A stretch of 62,802 nt of DNA, the filler included, from Octopus bimaculoides (Eukaryota), in NCBI RefSeq assembly GCF_001194135.2. It is 5 parts of 5 records of this genome, joined end to end, with 100 filler letters (N's around TTAATTAATTAA, not from the genome) between each part and the next. Parts side by side here need not be neighbours in the genome. Positions count along the whole stretch, not along the records: positions 1 to 22,787 come from NC_068989.1; positions 22,888 to 38,510 come from NC_068983.1; 3 more parts are not named here. One strand, written 5' to 3'. The notes under the pieces are model-generated. The model was given only the letters and a program-made list of their open reading frames with translations, was not told the origin of the DNA and did no database searches. Position numbers and translations under genes: made by a program. Every line of letters starts with the position of its first letter. The first letter of the stretch is position 1. Of this stretch, positions 13,801 through 26,238 are shown piece by piece.

Positions 13801-14706
13801 ATATGTATCAAATAGATTAACATCCATATGGGTATACACATATAAACACACACACATTGACACACACACAATACACCAGTGAAAGTACATTGATATATAA
13901 TTTCTATTCCTTTGTATATTTTTCATTTAATTTAATTTTGTTCATTTAGAGGAAGTGTTGAAACTAATTATTCACAGTTAGCAAATCAACGATGAAGACT
14001 TGAATGATTTAACGAAGATACAAATGATAACAGGAAAAACATAAAGAAAAAAAAGAATACTTAAGAAGCAAATAAAAAAGTAAAAGCTGAGCTGAAAAAT
14101 ACCTAAAATGGTTTTTATTTTTTGAGTATCTTTTTGCAATAATTGATGCGAAATTAATAAAAAAAATAAATATTTTGTTTTCTTTGTCACTATTTCACTG
14201 TTTAAGTGTCGTTGTAGTTATTAGCATGAAACAAACAAATAAAAAAAAATTAAATAAAAAAAGTTAAACAAAAAAATTGAAGAAATTCAAAATATAAAAT
14301 TAAAGAAAATAGAAAAAGAAATAAAGAAAAAAAATAAATACAAATACATGCAACCCATTTAATGAAAAACGATTACGACAAAGAAATATGATATTCCAGA
14401 AATATTAATTAAATCAAAAAGATGAAACAGATTGAAGATGTAACATATTTATCATATTAGTAAATCTGAATACAAGGACATGAAAGAAAGAAATTTATAT
14501 ATATATGTATATTGTGGAAATAATAGTATAATATGATAGAATTTCTAGGATAAACTGAAAAGATGGTTTTGTGAGATTATGCAATTATATCATCAGGTGT
14601 ACAAACGAGTTGTAACAGTCCTGAAAAATTGAGAATTTACACATGGCACTGAGTTGTTGGTTTGTGCACCTAGTAAGGGAATTACACAACTTTGATGTAA
14701 TCTCAC

Positions 14707-14841
14707 AAGTGGTAAGAAGCATGCTTACCAACCACATGGTTCCGGGTTCAGTCCCATGGCACGGCACCTTGGGCAAGTGTCTTCTGCTATAGCCTCAGGC
14801 TGACCAAAGGCTTGTGACTGGATTTGGCAGATGGAAGCCTG

Positions 14842-14845
<4 letters not shown>
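14707..14845 (+). mobile_element. tRNA-derived SINE (family B)
   Basis: gtggtaagaagcatgcttaccaaccacatggttccgggttcagtcc..accttgggcaagtgtcttctgctatagcctc; many copies in the window. Confidence 0.85.
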
Positions 14846-14880
<35 letters not shown>

Positions 14881-16040
14881 NNNNNNNNNNNNNNNNNNNN
14901 NNNNNNNNNNNNNNNNNNNNNNNNNNNNNNNNNNNNNNNNNNNNNNNNNNNNNNNNNNNNNNNNNNNNNNNNNNNNNNNNNNNNNNNNNNNNNNNNNNNN
15001 NNNNNNNNNNNNNNNNNNNNNNNNNNNNNNNNNNNNNNNNNNNNNNNNNNNNNNNNNNNNNNNNNNNNNNNNNNNNNNNNNNNNNNNNNNNNNNNNNNNN
15101 NNNNNNNNNNNNNNNNNNNNNNNNNNNNNNNNNNNNNNNNNNNNNNNNNNNNNNNNNNNNNNNNNNNNNNNNNNNNNNNNNNNNNNNNNNNNNNNNNNNN
15201 NNNNNNNNNNNNNNNNNNNNNNNNNNNNNNNNNNNNNNNNNNNNNNNNNNNNNNNNNNNNNNNNNNNNNNNNNNNNNNNNNNNNNNNNNNNNNNNNNNNN
15301 NNNNNNNNNNNNNNNNNNNNNNNNNNNNNNNNNNNNNNNNNNNNNNNNNNNNNNNNNNNNNNNNNNNNNAGAGAGAGAATGTACGTATATATATATATAT
15401 ATATATATAAACTTTGTTTAATCCTTAACATTAAACCAAAATACCAAAAGATAACTTATGAAAATATTTCAGAATTCCTATAAATAATACCACTTGTTAT
15501 GAAGCATGATTATAAGAAATTTTATGAAAGGTGGAAAATAGAAAATGAAATTGAATGGTTGAATACATAAAAGTAATTAAAACAATTAAATTGAATGAAT
15601 GAATTAATGAATGAATTAATTGGCTGTTTGCCTTTCAGAATACACACCATTTTCCAGACAAATAGTTATTGGTATTCCTGTAGAAAATGTTGGAACAAAC
15701 AAAATATAACTCGATTAACACAAACCGAAATGAATTGAAGTAAAGAATAAGAAATCAAAAGAAAATGACACTAAAAAACATAATTAGATTGAAATGTATT
15801 TGTCCTTATGTACATATAAAAGTGTGAGTTCATATGTATGCATGTGTTTGTGAGTGTGTGTGTGTATGCGTGTATATGTGTCTTTCTGTCTGCCTGTCTG
15901 TGTTTCTAACCTTGTTTTGACATCATGAGATAGCAGTAAATGAGTGTCACAGACATACAAGCAGTGTCGTTTCCAATATTCTGCAAAAAGATTTCTAACC
16001 ATGTGGGAAAATATTACCTTGCTTGAAAATGGTCATGCAT

Positions 16041-16119
<79 letters not shown>

Positions 16120-16122
<3 letters not shown>

Positions 16123-16320
16123 ATGATGGGCTTCTTTCACTTTGCCCATCAAATCCACTCACTGAGCTTTGATCAGTATCAGAGATACACTTGCCAAAGG
16201 TATATCAGTGTAACAGTGTGTCAGAACACACTCGCCAAAGGTGTCACACAGTGGGACTGAACCCAAGACCACATAGTTGGGAAGTAAGCTTTTTACCCAC
16301 AGAGCCATGCCCACTAAACT
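16120..16320 (-). mobile_element. Family B SINE with an internal duplication
   Basis: Reverse complement of family B; acacttgccaaagg occurs twice. Confidence 0.75.
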
Positions 16321-16405
16321 GCCCTTCATGGCATGGCCTGGAGATAAAATGTATATATAAAATATATAAAATGATAGATGATTCATCCTTTTTCAAACTT
16401 TATAC

Positions 16406-16451
<46 letters not shown>

Positions 16452-16488
16452 ATATATATATATATATGCATATAAACTTATATACATA

Positions 16489-17172
16489 CAGGGTGCAATG
16501 AGTAAATTTGCATCATTTTATATATTTAATTTTGTGCAGGTACATTGTTTGTCTTTGATTTTGTTGACTACACAGTATAGTAGGGTCAGTTGGGCATCAT
16601 CTGTGAGAATAACAGTTCATTCTGCCAGAAATTTGGAAACGACATGCTGTGCTGCTTGGCATTCATGCCAGAAGGTCCAATACAAACATTTCAGAATGTT
16701 TGAGTGTCAATCTAAGGACAGTGCAGAGGATTCAGATGGAGTTGTTTGAGTTTAATAGTGATTACGAAGGCACAGCAGCTTAGGAAATTCACTCTGATCA
16801 TCTTGATAAGAAAAGAACTCCTGAATTTGTTGGGGATATCCAGGCAATGATTGACAACAATCCCTCCAAGTCAATCAGGTCTATTGCTAGGAATATGGGA
16901 GTGTCTGAGTTTCTTATCAGGCAGGTAGAGCATGAAGACATTCAGTATTCCTCATACAAGATGAGAAAGAGCCAATTTTTATCATAATCCATCAAGCACA
17001 GGGGAAAAACAGTGCTAGAAAGCTTTTGAACAAACTCAAGCATTCCCTCCAACCAAAAATGCTTTGGTTTTTATCATCCCAGAAAAATTTCTATCAGGAT
17101 CAGATGGTGAACACACAGTGGCTTGCCGTGTCCCCAAAACATGTACCAAGAGTGATAAAAATCAAACATCTA
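16489..17172 (+). mobile_element. Tc1/mariner (DD37D/maT-like) transposase relic with left TIR
   Basis: TA + CAGGGTG TIR start. Translation includes KKRTPEFVGDIQAMIDNNPSKSIRSIARNMGVSEFLIRQVEHEDIQYSSYKMRK and LNKLKHSLQPKMLWFLSSQKNFYQDQMVNTQWLAVSPKHVPRVIKIKH; stops and frameshifts present. Confidence 0.85.
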
Positions 17173-17173
17173 G

Positions 17174-17314
17174 TGTATATATATATACAGACATATATAT
17201 ATACACACATATACACACATAAATATACACACACACATATACACACATATATATATATACACATATATATATACACACATATACACACATAAATATACAC
17301 ACACACAAACACAC

Positions 17315-17347
<33 letters not shown>

Positions 17348-17536
17348 TACATACATACATATACATATATATATATATACATACACATATACATACACAT
17401 ACATACATATACATACATACATACATATCTATATATACATACACATACATATATATACATACATCTACATATACATACATACATACACATACATACACAT
17501 ACATACATACATATACATACACATACATATGCATAC

Positions 17537-17594
<58 letters not shown>

Positions 17595-17700
17595 CTGTAT
17601 GTATATATACAATTACACACCACACACAGACACACGCATGCACACACACACATGCACATACATACACACACACACATATAATTACACGGAAACAATACAC
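17174..17700. repeat. Compound AT/AC/CATA microsatellite
   Basis: Direct reading. Confidence 0.95.
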
Positions 17701-18164
17701 ATATCTATTTAGCTTGTTTGCATGAATGTATGGATGCATGAATGAATAAATGTATGGATGTGTGGACATATTTACAGATGTACAGACATACACAATAAAC
17801 AAGCCGATAAACACATGAGTACATTCATATACATAACGAAATATCTGAGGACTTAAATGAAACTCAGTAAAGATAATAAACCAATGACAGATTACACAAA
17901 ACACAAAAGGAACAAACTCTATATAACAATATTATGACCCCCATGGCCATCCATACTATCCATACATTGTATCTATCCATACATTTATCTGTCTTTTAAT
18001 CTGTGGATTTACTTCTTAGTCTCGAAAAGCTTATGAACTGAAACGGATCTTCATTCGCTTGACAAATCCGCTGACAGGGTTGGCATCATCAATGTATGTC
18101 TAGACAAGCATTAGTCATTGCGTAACCAATGATGTACAAGTAACAAGAGGAGTGCAGTGACGGT

Positions 18165-18450
18165 GGCGGCGGTAGTAGTAGTAGTGGTGGTGGTGGTGGT
18201 GGTGGTAGCAGTAGTAGGGGTAGTAGCAGTGGTGGTGATCGTGGTCGTGGTGGTGCTGATGGTGGTAGTAGTAGTAGTAATGGCAATGGTGGTGGTAGCA
18301 GTGGTAGGGGTAGTAGCAGTGGTGGTGGTGGTGGTGGTGGTGGTAGCAGTGGTAGGGGTAGTAGCAGTGGTGGTGGTGGTGGTGATGATGATGGTGGTAG
18401 TAGTAGTAGTAGCAGTAGTAGTAGTAGTGGGTGGTGGCGGTGGTGGTGGA
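18165..18450. repeat. GTG/GTA/GCA triplet array with higher-order duplication
   Basis: Block gcagt(a/g)gtaggggtagtagcagtggtggtg.. repeated three times. Confidence 0.9.
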
Positions 18451-19014
18451 GATTGTTATGGTTGTTTAGTGCCATTCATAGTAGTACTAGTTGTTTAGCC
18501 CAACGTCAACCCTGTTAAAACAAATTATAATAGTTTTTGTAGTTAATGTGCAGAACCTAGTTCATCCACTTTTTTTCTTTTTGCTTTTCATAATGGTTGG
18601 GTATAATTTGAGTCTCAATCCTGTTGAGCCTTCTTCATTGATTTCTCTTCTTTATCAGTGGTTAACCTAGTATTTGTTTCCCAGCTAGAAAAGTGATAAG
18701 TACTCGGCAGGGCACATGTCGCTTGCTCTTAGAAATCTCAGTTTTGGTTTGGTTTGGTTTGGTTTTTACATCTGAATCCAGGAATTGAAACCCTTCCACA
18801 TAATGAACGCAGAATGCAGAGAGCAGGGCATCAAGCACTACAAAATATTTTATCCAGTCTCTTACAATCTGCTGCCAATCTGTCATCTATGATGAATTGA
18901 ACAGAATTAAATGTAGAGCATAAAGTACACAACAAAATGTTTGCAAAGGGCTTGAACTCAAGACCTCTGATCAACACATCTAATATTTTATCAACTTGGT
19001 AATCTTCCAGTTGT

Positions 19015-19345
19015 TGCCAGGCAGTTAACCTTGGACTATGATGTAATCAGCACTCCGTCAGTTACAACGACAAGGGTTCCAGCTGGTCCAATCAATGGAA
19101 CACCCTGCTTGTAAAATTAAGGAGCAAGTATTTGAATACTCCACAGGCATGCATACTCTTAATGTAGTGCTTGAGGAGGTTCAGCAAGACACAAAATGTG
19201 ACAAGGCTGGCTGCTTTTTGAAATACAGGTATAACTAAATTTTTGCCAGCTGTGTCGACTGGAGCAACATGAAAGAACGTGTTTTGCTTGAGGACACAAT
19301 GTGCCACCAGGAAACGAACTCATGACCTAACAATCGTGAGCCAAA
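19015..19345 (-). mobile_element. Family A SINE, decayed
   Basis: Reverse complement of 25112-25440 and 58233-58566. Confidence 0.8.
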
Positions 19346-20079
19346 TACCCCAGCCACTAACCCATACACTTTCACTCATAATGTAAATGTGCTGAGTCTA
19401 GGACTCATAAGACCGGAGATAAATCTGCTTTCCATGGTGTGTATGCAACAGAAATTACAACACACCAAGTTGAACAGGATGACAGTTAGTCGCAGAGTTA
19501 ACTTCCCAGTGATTGCTGCAACGAACTGGAGCAATGTGGAAATGAGTGTTTGGTTCAAGTATACAATGCACTACCCAGACCAGGAATCAAAACCATGATC
19601 TTCATGATTTTTACAATTCTGAGTGCAACACCCGAACCACTAAGGCACACAGCTTCACAAAGGTCTTGTTCAAATTTTGATAAATAGCCTTCCAGTTTGG
19701 AAAAGAGAAGTGAATAAACCGTGATGTAGGGTTTAACAACAATGAAACCGACTGGATTGCTCTCACATCCTAAGCTGACAAAAAGGTTCTTATGGGTTCA
19801 TATTTTTAAGAGCAAGACTAAATGAATATGTTTACATATGGCTATAATCATGGCATATTTATTTCTGAATATCCCATCAACTTGGCCATTTGTTTCCTGA
19901 AAATCAGATGAAATTGATGGAAAGAGTATCGCCGAAAGATAAAGAAAAAACAATTTGCCACCATTATACATATATATACNNNNNNNNNNNNNNNNNNNNN
20001 NNNNNNNNNNNNNNNNNNNNNNNNNNNNNNNNNNNNNNNNNNNNNNNNNNNNNNNNNNNNNNNNNNNNNNNNNNNNNNN

Positions 20080-20112
<33 letters not shown>

Positions 20113-20671
20113 TACATATATATTATACACACACAGTAGGATCATGCAAATACTGAATGGTACAAAAACAAAATTGATCGATATATTATTCATCAAACAC
20201 CAAGCAATTTCACAAACACAGAACACATATTCAAAATTATGAAATGTCGATTTAGTTGCATCAATAGCTAAAGAGACATTAATTAGCTTCAACAGCATTG
20301 CATTTACATCACCGTTTTCAACAGCTAAAGCTCTTTACTATAAACAGTTAATTTCAAAGCTAACAAAGTGTGATCTTGTTAGCTCTTTCATAAACTAGTT
20401 TATATATAACTTCAAAAATCAATTTCTCTTTGTCTTTTTCTCACACACACACACACACACACACAAAGTCATTCATATTTTACAATGTAAAAGCATTGCG
20501 GTGAAAGTCACTTATAATCACAATTGTAGCTATAAGATATTTTATTTGCTTAATGTTATCACCCCAATCCAGTTGTTAATGAAAAGAAAACACCTTGTCC
20601 TAAAGCAATCACCATAAGCAGCTTCTACCATATTTATTTATTTTCCCCCTCTCAAGAAAATTTAAGACTAC

Positions 20672-20684
20672 CATCTTGCAGTAT
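20672..20684 (-). CDS. Tentative next exon (DTARW; terminal with TAG at 20668-20670, or a 13-nt microexon)
   Basis: Acceptor ttctatcttcag|AT is in the phase required by the 21412 exon, giving D-T-A-R-W-stop with AATAAA about 30 nt downstream. The alternative donor gtagtc is weak. Confidence 0.25.
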
Positions 20685-20746
20685 CTGAAGATAGAATACC
20701 AAATGGTGAAACAACACTAGCCAGTGCGTTAGTAATGAGTACAATG

Positions 20747-21180
20747 ATGCAACTTTGATTTCAAAATATTATGCAAATGCGATTTCAACATATCATGCAA
20801 ATTTGATTTCAATATATTATGCAAATTTGATTTCAATATATTATGCAAATTTAATTTCAATATATTATGCAAATTTAATTTCAATATATTAATGCAAATT
20901 GGATTTTAATATATCATGCAGATTTGTTTTCTATATATTATGCAAATTTAATTTCAATATATTATGCAAATTTGATTTCTATATATTATGCAAATTTGAT
21001 TTCTATATATTATGCAAATTTGATTTCAATATATTATGCAAATTTGTTTTCTATATATCATGCAAATTTTATTTAAATATATTATGCAAATTTGATTTCA
21101 ATATATTATGCAAATTTGATTTCAATATATTATACAAATTTGATTTCAATATATTATACAAATTTGATTTCAATATATTT
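20747..21180. repeat. 24-bp minisatellite (AATATATTATGCAAATTTGATTTC)n, about 18 units
   Basis: Period of 24 read directly; 14 perfect ATGCAAAT plus 4 variants. Confidence 0.95.
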
Positions 21181-21411
21181 TTTAGTATGAATTTCTTTTA
21201 CCACAAAAATGTGCTGTGCAGATAATGAAGTCTTAAAACCCAACAGGCCAAGAAAGATGAAAAGAAAAATACTTTTCAAAAATTCTTTGGTAGGAATTCC
21301 TCCCTCCCCCAAAAAATTCTAACGAAGAATGTAAGATTAGAATTGATGCTTCGAAATGTCATTCAGACCAAAATGAAAATTATACTTTGTTTAGAGATTG
21401 GCTGCTCATAC

Positions 21412-21530
21412 CTTCTTCGGGAGGTTCTTCTTCAATTTCTTTCCGTGGAGGGTCCACAAAATTCGGGTCACATTGAAAGCCTTCTTTAACACGAAGAATA
21501 CCAACACCAAACTGCATATCAAATCCATCA
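21412..21530 (-). CDS. Internal coding exon of an unidentified gene: DGFDMQFGVGILRVKEGFQCDPNFVDPPRKEIEEEPPEE
   Basis: Acceptor ttttttccag|T, donor GAAG|gtatga; 119 nt, phase 2 to phase 1, open frame, coding-like composition, no resemblance to a TE protein I recognise. Confidence 0.75.
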
Positions 21531-21541
21531 CTGGAAAAAAA

Positions 21542-21556
<15 letters not shown>

Positions 21557-21605
<49 letters not shown>
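21557..21605. repeat. (AAT)n microsatellite
   Basis: Direct reading. Confidence 0.95.
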
Positions 21606-21607
<2 letters not shown>

Positions 21608-21959
21608 TAAAACAAACAAATGAGAAATAAAAATGAGGGCAACATCAGTTTGTGATTTAAGCACAAAGCCAACAATTTTGAGGGGAGGGGATTTAATCGA
21701 TATGGTCAACTCCAGTATTTGACTGCAACTTTACTGAACCTGGAAAGATGGAAGGCAAAATTGACAATGGTAGGATTTAAACTCAGAATGTGAGAAGTTG
21801 AAAATAAATACTATAAGGAATTTATTTTTCTGATGGTTTAACGATTCTGCCAGCTCACAGCAGTATGAAATCTCTTTTGGTATATGACAGCATCTTCAAA
21901 AATATCTTCAACTATCCTGCTGGCATGGCAACAAAGACTTAGCAGGCTCCTTTCAATTT

Positions 21960-22190
21960 CTTATTTCTTTATTGCCCACGAGGGGCTAAACATAAAGGGG
22001 ACAAACAAAGACAGACAAAGGGATTAAGTCAATTATATCGACCTCAGTGCATAACTGGTACTTAATTTATCGACCCCAACAGGATGAAAGGCAAAGTCGA
22101 CCTCGGCGGAATTTGAACTCACAACGTAACAGCAGACAAAATACCGCTAAGCATTTCACCCGGCGTGCTAACGTTTCTGCCAGCTCGCCA
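21960..22190 (-). mobile_element. Young family C SINE
   Basis: Full copy with CpGs intact; nearly identical to 31915-32150 and 60810-61005. Confidence 0.9.
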
Positions 22191-22344
22191 CATCTTTCAG
22201 TTTCTGTCCACGAAATTCATTGACAAGACCTTGGTCAGCCTGAGGCTATAATAGAAGACATTTTACCCAATGTGCCGTACAGTGGGATTGAACTCAAAAC
22301 CATATTGGAAGTGAATTTCTTAACCACACAGCCTTGCCTTTGCC

Positions 22345-22760
22345 TGGCACATGGCTCAATGGTTAGAGCATCAATCTCACAGTCAGGAGGTAGTGAGTTT
22401 GATTCCCTGACTGGGCGGTGTACTATGTTTTTGAGCAAGACACTTTATTTCACATTGCTCCAGTTCACTCAGCTGTAGAAATGAGTTGCGATGTCACAGG
22501 TGCCAAGCTGTATCAGCCTTTGCCTTTCCCTTGGATAACATCAGTGGTACGGAGAGGGGAGGCTGGTATGCATGGGTGACTGCTGATCTTCCATAAGCAA
22601 CCCTGCCTGGACTTGTGCCCACGACAGGAACTTTCTAAGTGCAATCCCATGGTCAGTCATGACTGAAGGAGGTCATTACCCTTCATATAATAAACAATAA
22701 GGCAGTGCTCCAGCATGGCCGCAGTCAAATGACTGAAACTAGTAGAAGAATAAAAGAATA
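22345..22760 (+). mobile_element. tRNA-derived SINE (distinct long family)
   Basis: A box TGGCTCAATGG, B box GAGTTTGATTCC, ttgagcaagacactt core; 3' end shared with family B tails (ccagcatggccgcagtcaaatgactgaaac). Confidence 0.75.
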
Positions 22761-22787
22761 GTTTTATTACTTACTGAATGGTATTAA

Positions 22788-22887
22788 NNNNNNNNNNNNN
22801 NNNNNNNNNNNNNNNNNNNNNNNNNNNNNNNTTAATTAATTAANNNNNNNNNNNNNNNNNNNNNNNNNNNNNNNNNNNNNNNNNNNN
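22788..22887. other. Artificial scaffold-join linker
   Basis: 44 N + TTAATTAATTAA (stops in all six frames) + 44 N = 100 bp; identical at four places. Confidence 0.95.
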
Positions 22888-23753
22888 ATATATATATATA
22901 TATATATATACACATACATATGTCCTTGCCTTCGAAACGCAGAGTAGATGGAACAGGGACAACTGAAGAAGGGTAATATTCTTTATGTTGCATGTCTCGT
23001 TTCTCTGTTTGTTTTTTTTTCGTTGATCGAAAAAATGTTCGTTTTCTGTCTTCGTCTTTATGTGTACGTTTCTCATTGTGTTTAACGTTTTTTGTGATGT
23101 CCTGTACCCATATATGCTTGTATGTATACATATAGATGTCGGTATGTACATATATGTATGGATATACGCATATAATTATATATTATTTATGTTATTATAT
23201 ATATATATATCCTAAGCCACATACAAGTGTGTATGTGCATGCACACACCTACATACGATACAAAGTGTATATTTCTCCAACGTCTTCTTGCTTACAAATA
23301 TATCCAAGTCGAATGGACATGCACGTGCGTGCGTAGGTGTATTTGTACGCTTTTGTGTATTTACCTACATTCACGATTTCGTTTGTTATTTCTGTATTCA
23401 CGCATGTGCGTGTTGATGTGTGCTATAGAGGTTGTTGAAAGATTGAAAGAATAAGTGAATAAATAAATGAGGGCATGAGTAGTAAAAGGAAAGGCGGTTT
23501 GTAAGAATTTAGTTGCCAGAAAATAAGCAGAAATAAGTGAGGATGAAATAATATTTCTCGGTTATTTAAGCGAGTAATTTTATGAATTGGACGTGTATGG
23601 AAGCAGCTAAGGGTCACAAATACACACTCATATATAAGCATATATACATGCATGCATGCATACATACATACATACATACATACATATAAAAGACAAGAAG
23701 CTGAAACATTTTTTGGATTATTTAATACATATATATATAGAGACAGATAGGTG

Positions 23754-23797
<44 letters not shown>

Positions 23798-23832
23798 TGG
23801 GTCTATCTATCTATCTAACTACCTATCTATCT

Positions 23833-23917
<85 letters not shown>

Positions 23918-24199
23918 CACACATACATACAAACATGCAGTGGCGGTCTAGGTCTAAAAACATTGGTTGCCAGGAGACTTAGGGGGCCCACCCGTAACTA
24001 CAAGGGAGCACACCTGCAACTACAATGCTATCATTTATTTATTTATTTATTTTCATTTTTGATAAATGTATTCTTTTCAACTGTCTACAAACACAGCCAG
24101 GCTGAAATAAGGAATGCATTCTTCCAGGAGTGAATAAAATATTTGCAAACTTGAGACGATGGCCCCTTAGATACTATCATGGGCCCCCAGCCACTAAAC

Positions 24200-24365
24200 C
24201 TTTTCTATTTTCTCTCCTTGTTTATTTCTGTGTTCCTTTCTGATGAAGAGCGTAGGCTCGAAACGTAAAAGACTTTCTCACTTCCCGAGTGTTAAACTAA
24301 TGCATCTGTTTGCTATTTACACATCCGTTTTCGACTTTGTTGTTTTGTAAATTCTTACAGTCATT
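24200..24365 (+). mobile_element. Penelope-like terminal repeat fragment
   Basis: Same family as 28750-28935 (opposite strand); contains the CTGATGA..CGAAACG motif typical of PLE terminal repeats. Confidence 0.7.
24236..24271 (+). ncRNA. Minimal type I hammerhead ribozyme (PLE type)
   Basis: Stem I CUUU/AAAG; core CUGAUGA(+A); stem II GAGC-GUAG-GCUC; GAAA; palindromic ACGU stem III; cleavage triplet GUA (after 24267). Confidence 0.75.
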
Positions 24366-24392
24366 GGACTGAAATATATAAAAGAATAAGAA

Positions 24393-24445
<53 letters not shown>

Positions 24446-24455
24446 GACAGACAAG

Positions 24456-24495
<40 letters not shown>

Positions 24496-24573
24496 CAGAC
24501 AGAGAGATAGACAGACAGATAGATATATACATGCATATATATTAATAAATATATGCATATGTATACATATACT

Positions 24574-24609
<36 letters not shown>

Positions 24610-25111
24610 TGTACATATACATCTGCATACACTTACTAACACAAGCACTCATATATAAGGTACCCACACTCACACACACACATATATATATATGTTAAAT
24701 ATATGTGTGTAAATATATATGTATGCAGGTATATGTATATGAGTATAGACATGTATATGCATGCATGTACATATATATATGTAAATATATCTACATGCAC
24801 ACATGCATTTGTATGAATATATACTTCAGCATCCACATATAATTGAAAAATCAATATATTTAAGCACAGTATCATATTCGTCGTATTTCTATTTTACCAT
24901 CCTCACACATACATAAACGCAACCACCAACACGCGCGTATACACACACAAACGAAAATACGCACATGCGCGCGCGCGCGTGAGTGTGTGAGTGTGTTTAT
25001 ATATCAGTAAACTTAAGTAAATATTTATATAAATACGTGTGTATATAAATATGTAATAATATATACATAGTCGCAGACATTTTACTGATCACTCTCGCGA
25101 CAACCGTGTAG

Positions 25112-25440
25112 AGTGAGGGCGTGTGGCTTAGTGGTTAAGGCATTTGGCTTTCGATTGTAAGGTCGTGAGTTCAATTCCCAGCGACGCGTTGTGTTCTTGA
25201 GCAAGACACTTTATTTGACGTTTATTTGACGTCCATTCAGCTGGCAAAAATGAGTAGTACCTGTATTTCAAAGGGCCAGCCTTGTCACACTCTGTGTTAC
25301 ACTGAATCTCCCTGAGAACTACGTTAGGGATACACGTGTCCGTGGATTGCTCAGCCATTTGCATGTTAATTTCACGAGGAAGCTGTTCCGTTAAACGTAT
25401 CAACTGGGACCCTCGTCGTCGTAACTGACGGAATGCTCTT
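25112..25440 (+). mobile_element. Family A tRNA-SINE with 14-bp TSD
   Basis: A box TGGCTTAGTGG, B box GAGTTCAATTCC; CGACAACCGTGTAG at 25098-25111 and 25441-25454. Confidence 0.9.
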
Positions 25441-25538
25441 CGACAACCGTGTAGGGATTAGTGTTTTCCATGAGCAGAATACAAAACATGGATACACATG
25501 TGTACATATATACATCTATACATGTATATATACATACG

Positions 25539-25584
<46 letters not shown>

Positions 25585-25899
25585 AACATGCACACACACA
25601 CACATATATATATATATATACACACATTCACAAGCACGTACACACATATGCACACGAAATCTCTGTCGTATTTGTGAAGGTTGGAGTTCGGAACTCTTTT
25701 GTGCTGCATTCCTGTCAATAACGTCTGTAAATTCTCACCGAACATACTTTTAAATATTGTTAGGCATTGTAGAAATATATAAATAAATAGCAGATTTTTC
25801 GTTTACCACAGAATACGCAAAAGCAATTACAACTGCCAAACTTTCAGCTCACATAATATAAAAAAATACGGATGACCTCTCATGCTGACCTCATATATG

Positions 25900-26210
25900 T
25901 ATACGATGAGGTACTCAACTGAAACCAGAATTTTGCAATATTTTTTCGTTTACATAGTTTTACATTTTTACACTTTTATCACCTTCAAAAATTCTCCATT
26001 TGAATCAATCTATCGGTCCAGGCGCGTTTTCCACTCTTGGAAGCGATGCTGGAACTCTTGTGACGCCTTTTAACGCTGCCGTCTTGTGTTTTAAACCTTG
26101 TCAGGCAGCAGCTGGTCTTAAAAGTCATCTAAGAGCTCATCAACGGAGTGATTCTGCTGTGTGATGGGGTATGATGTGTGTGATGCTGGGACAGCAATCA
26201 TCTCTCAAAG
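25900..26210 (-). mobile_element. mariner transposase 3' end relic
   Basis: Minus-strand QEFQHRFQEWKTRLDR*IDSNG(E/Y)FEGDK-like C-terminus followed by a degenerate TIR. Confidence 0.75.
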
Positions 26211-26238
26211 ATGAAGCAATCATCATGTATGTATGTAT

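Noticed and set aside
20899-21225. 108-aa ORF with CKFDFNIL repeats
   Set aside because: In-frame reading of the 24-bp minisatellite; no splice or start context.
22925-22975. Circularly permuted hammerhead (GAAAC..GTA..CTGAAGA) in a PLE-like repeat
   Set aside because: Stems I and III do not pair convincingly in this copy.
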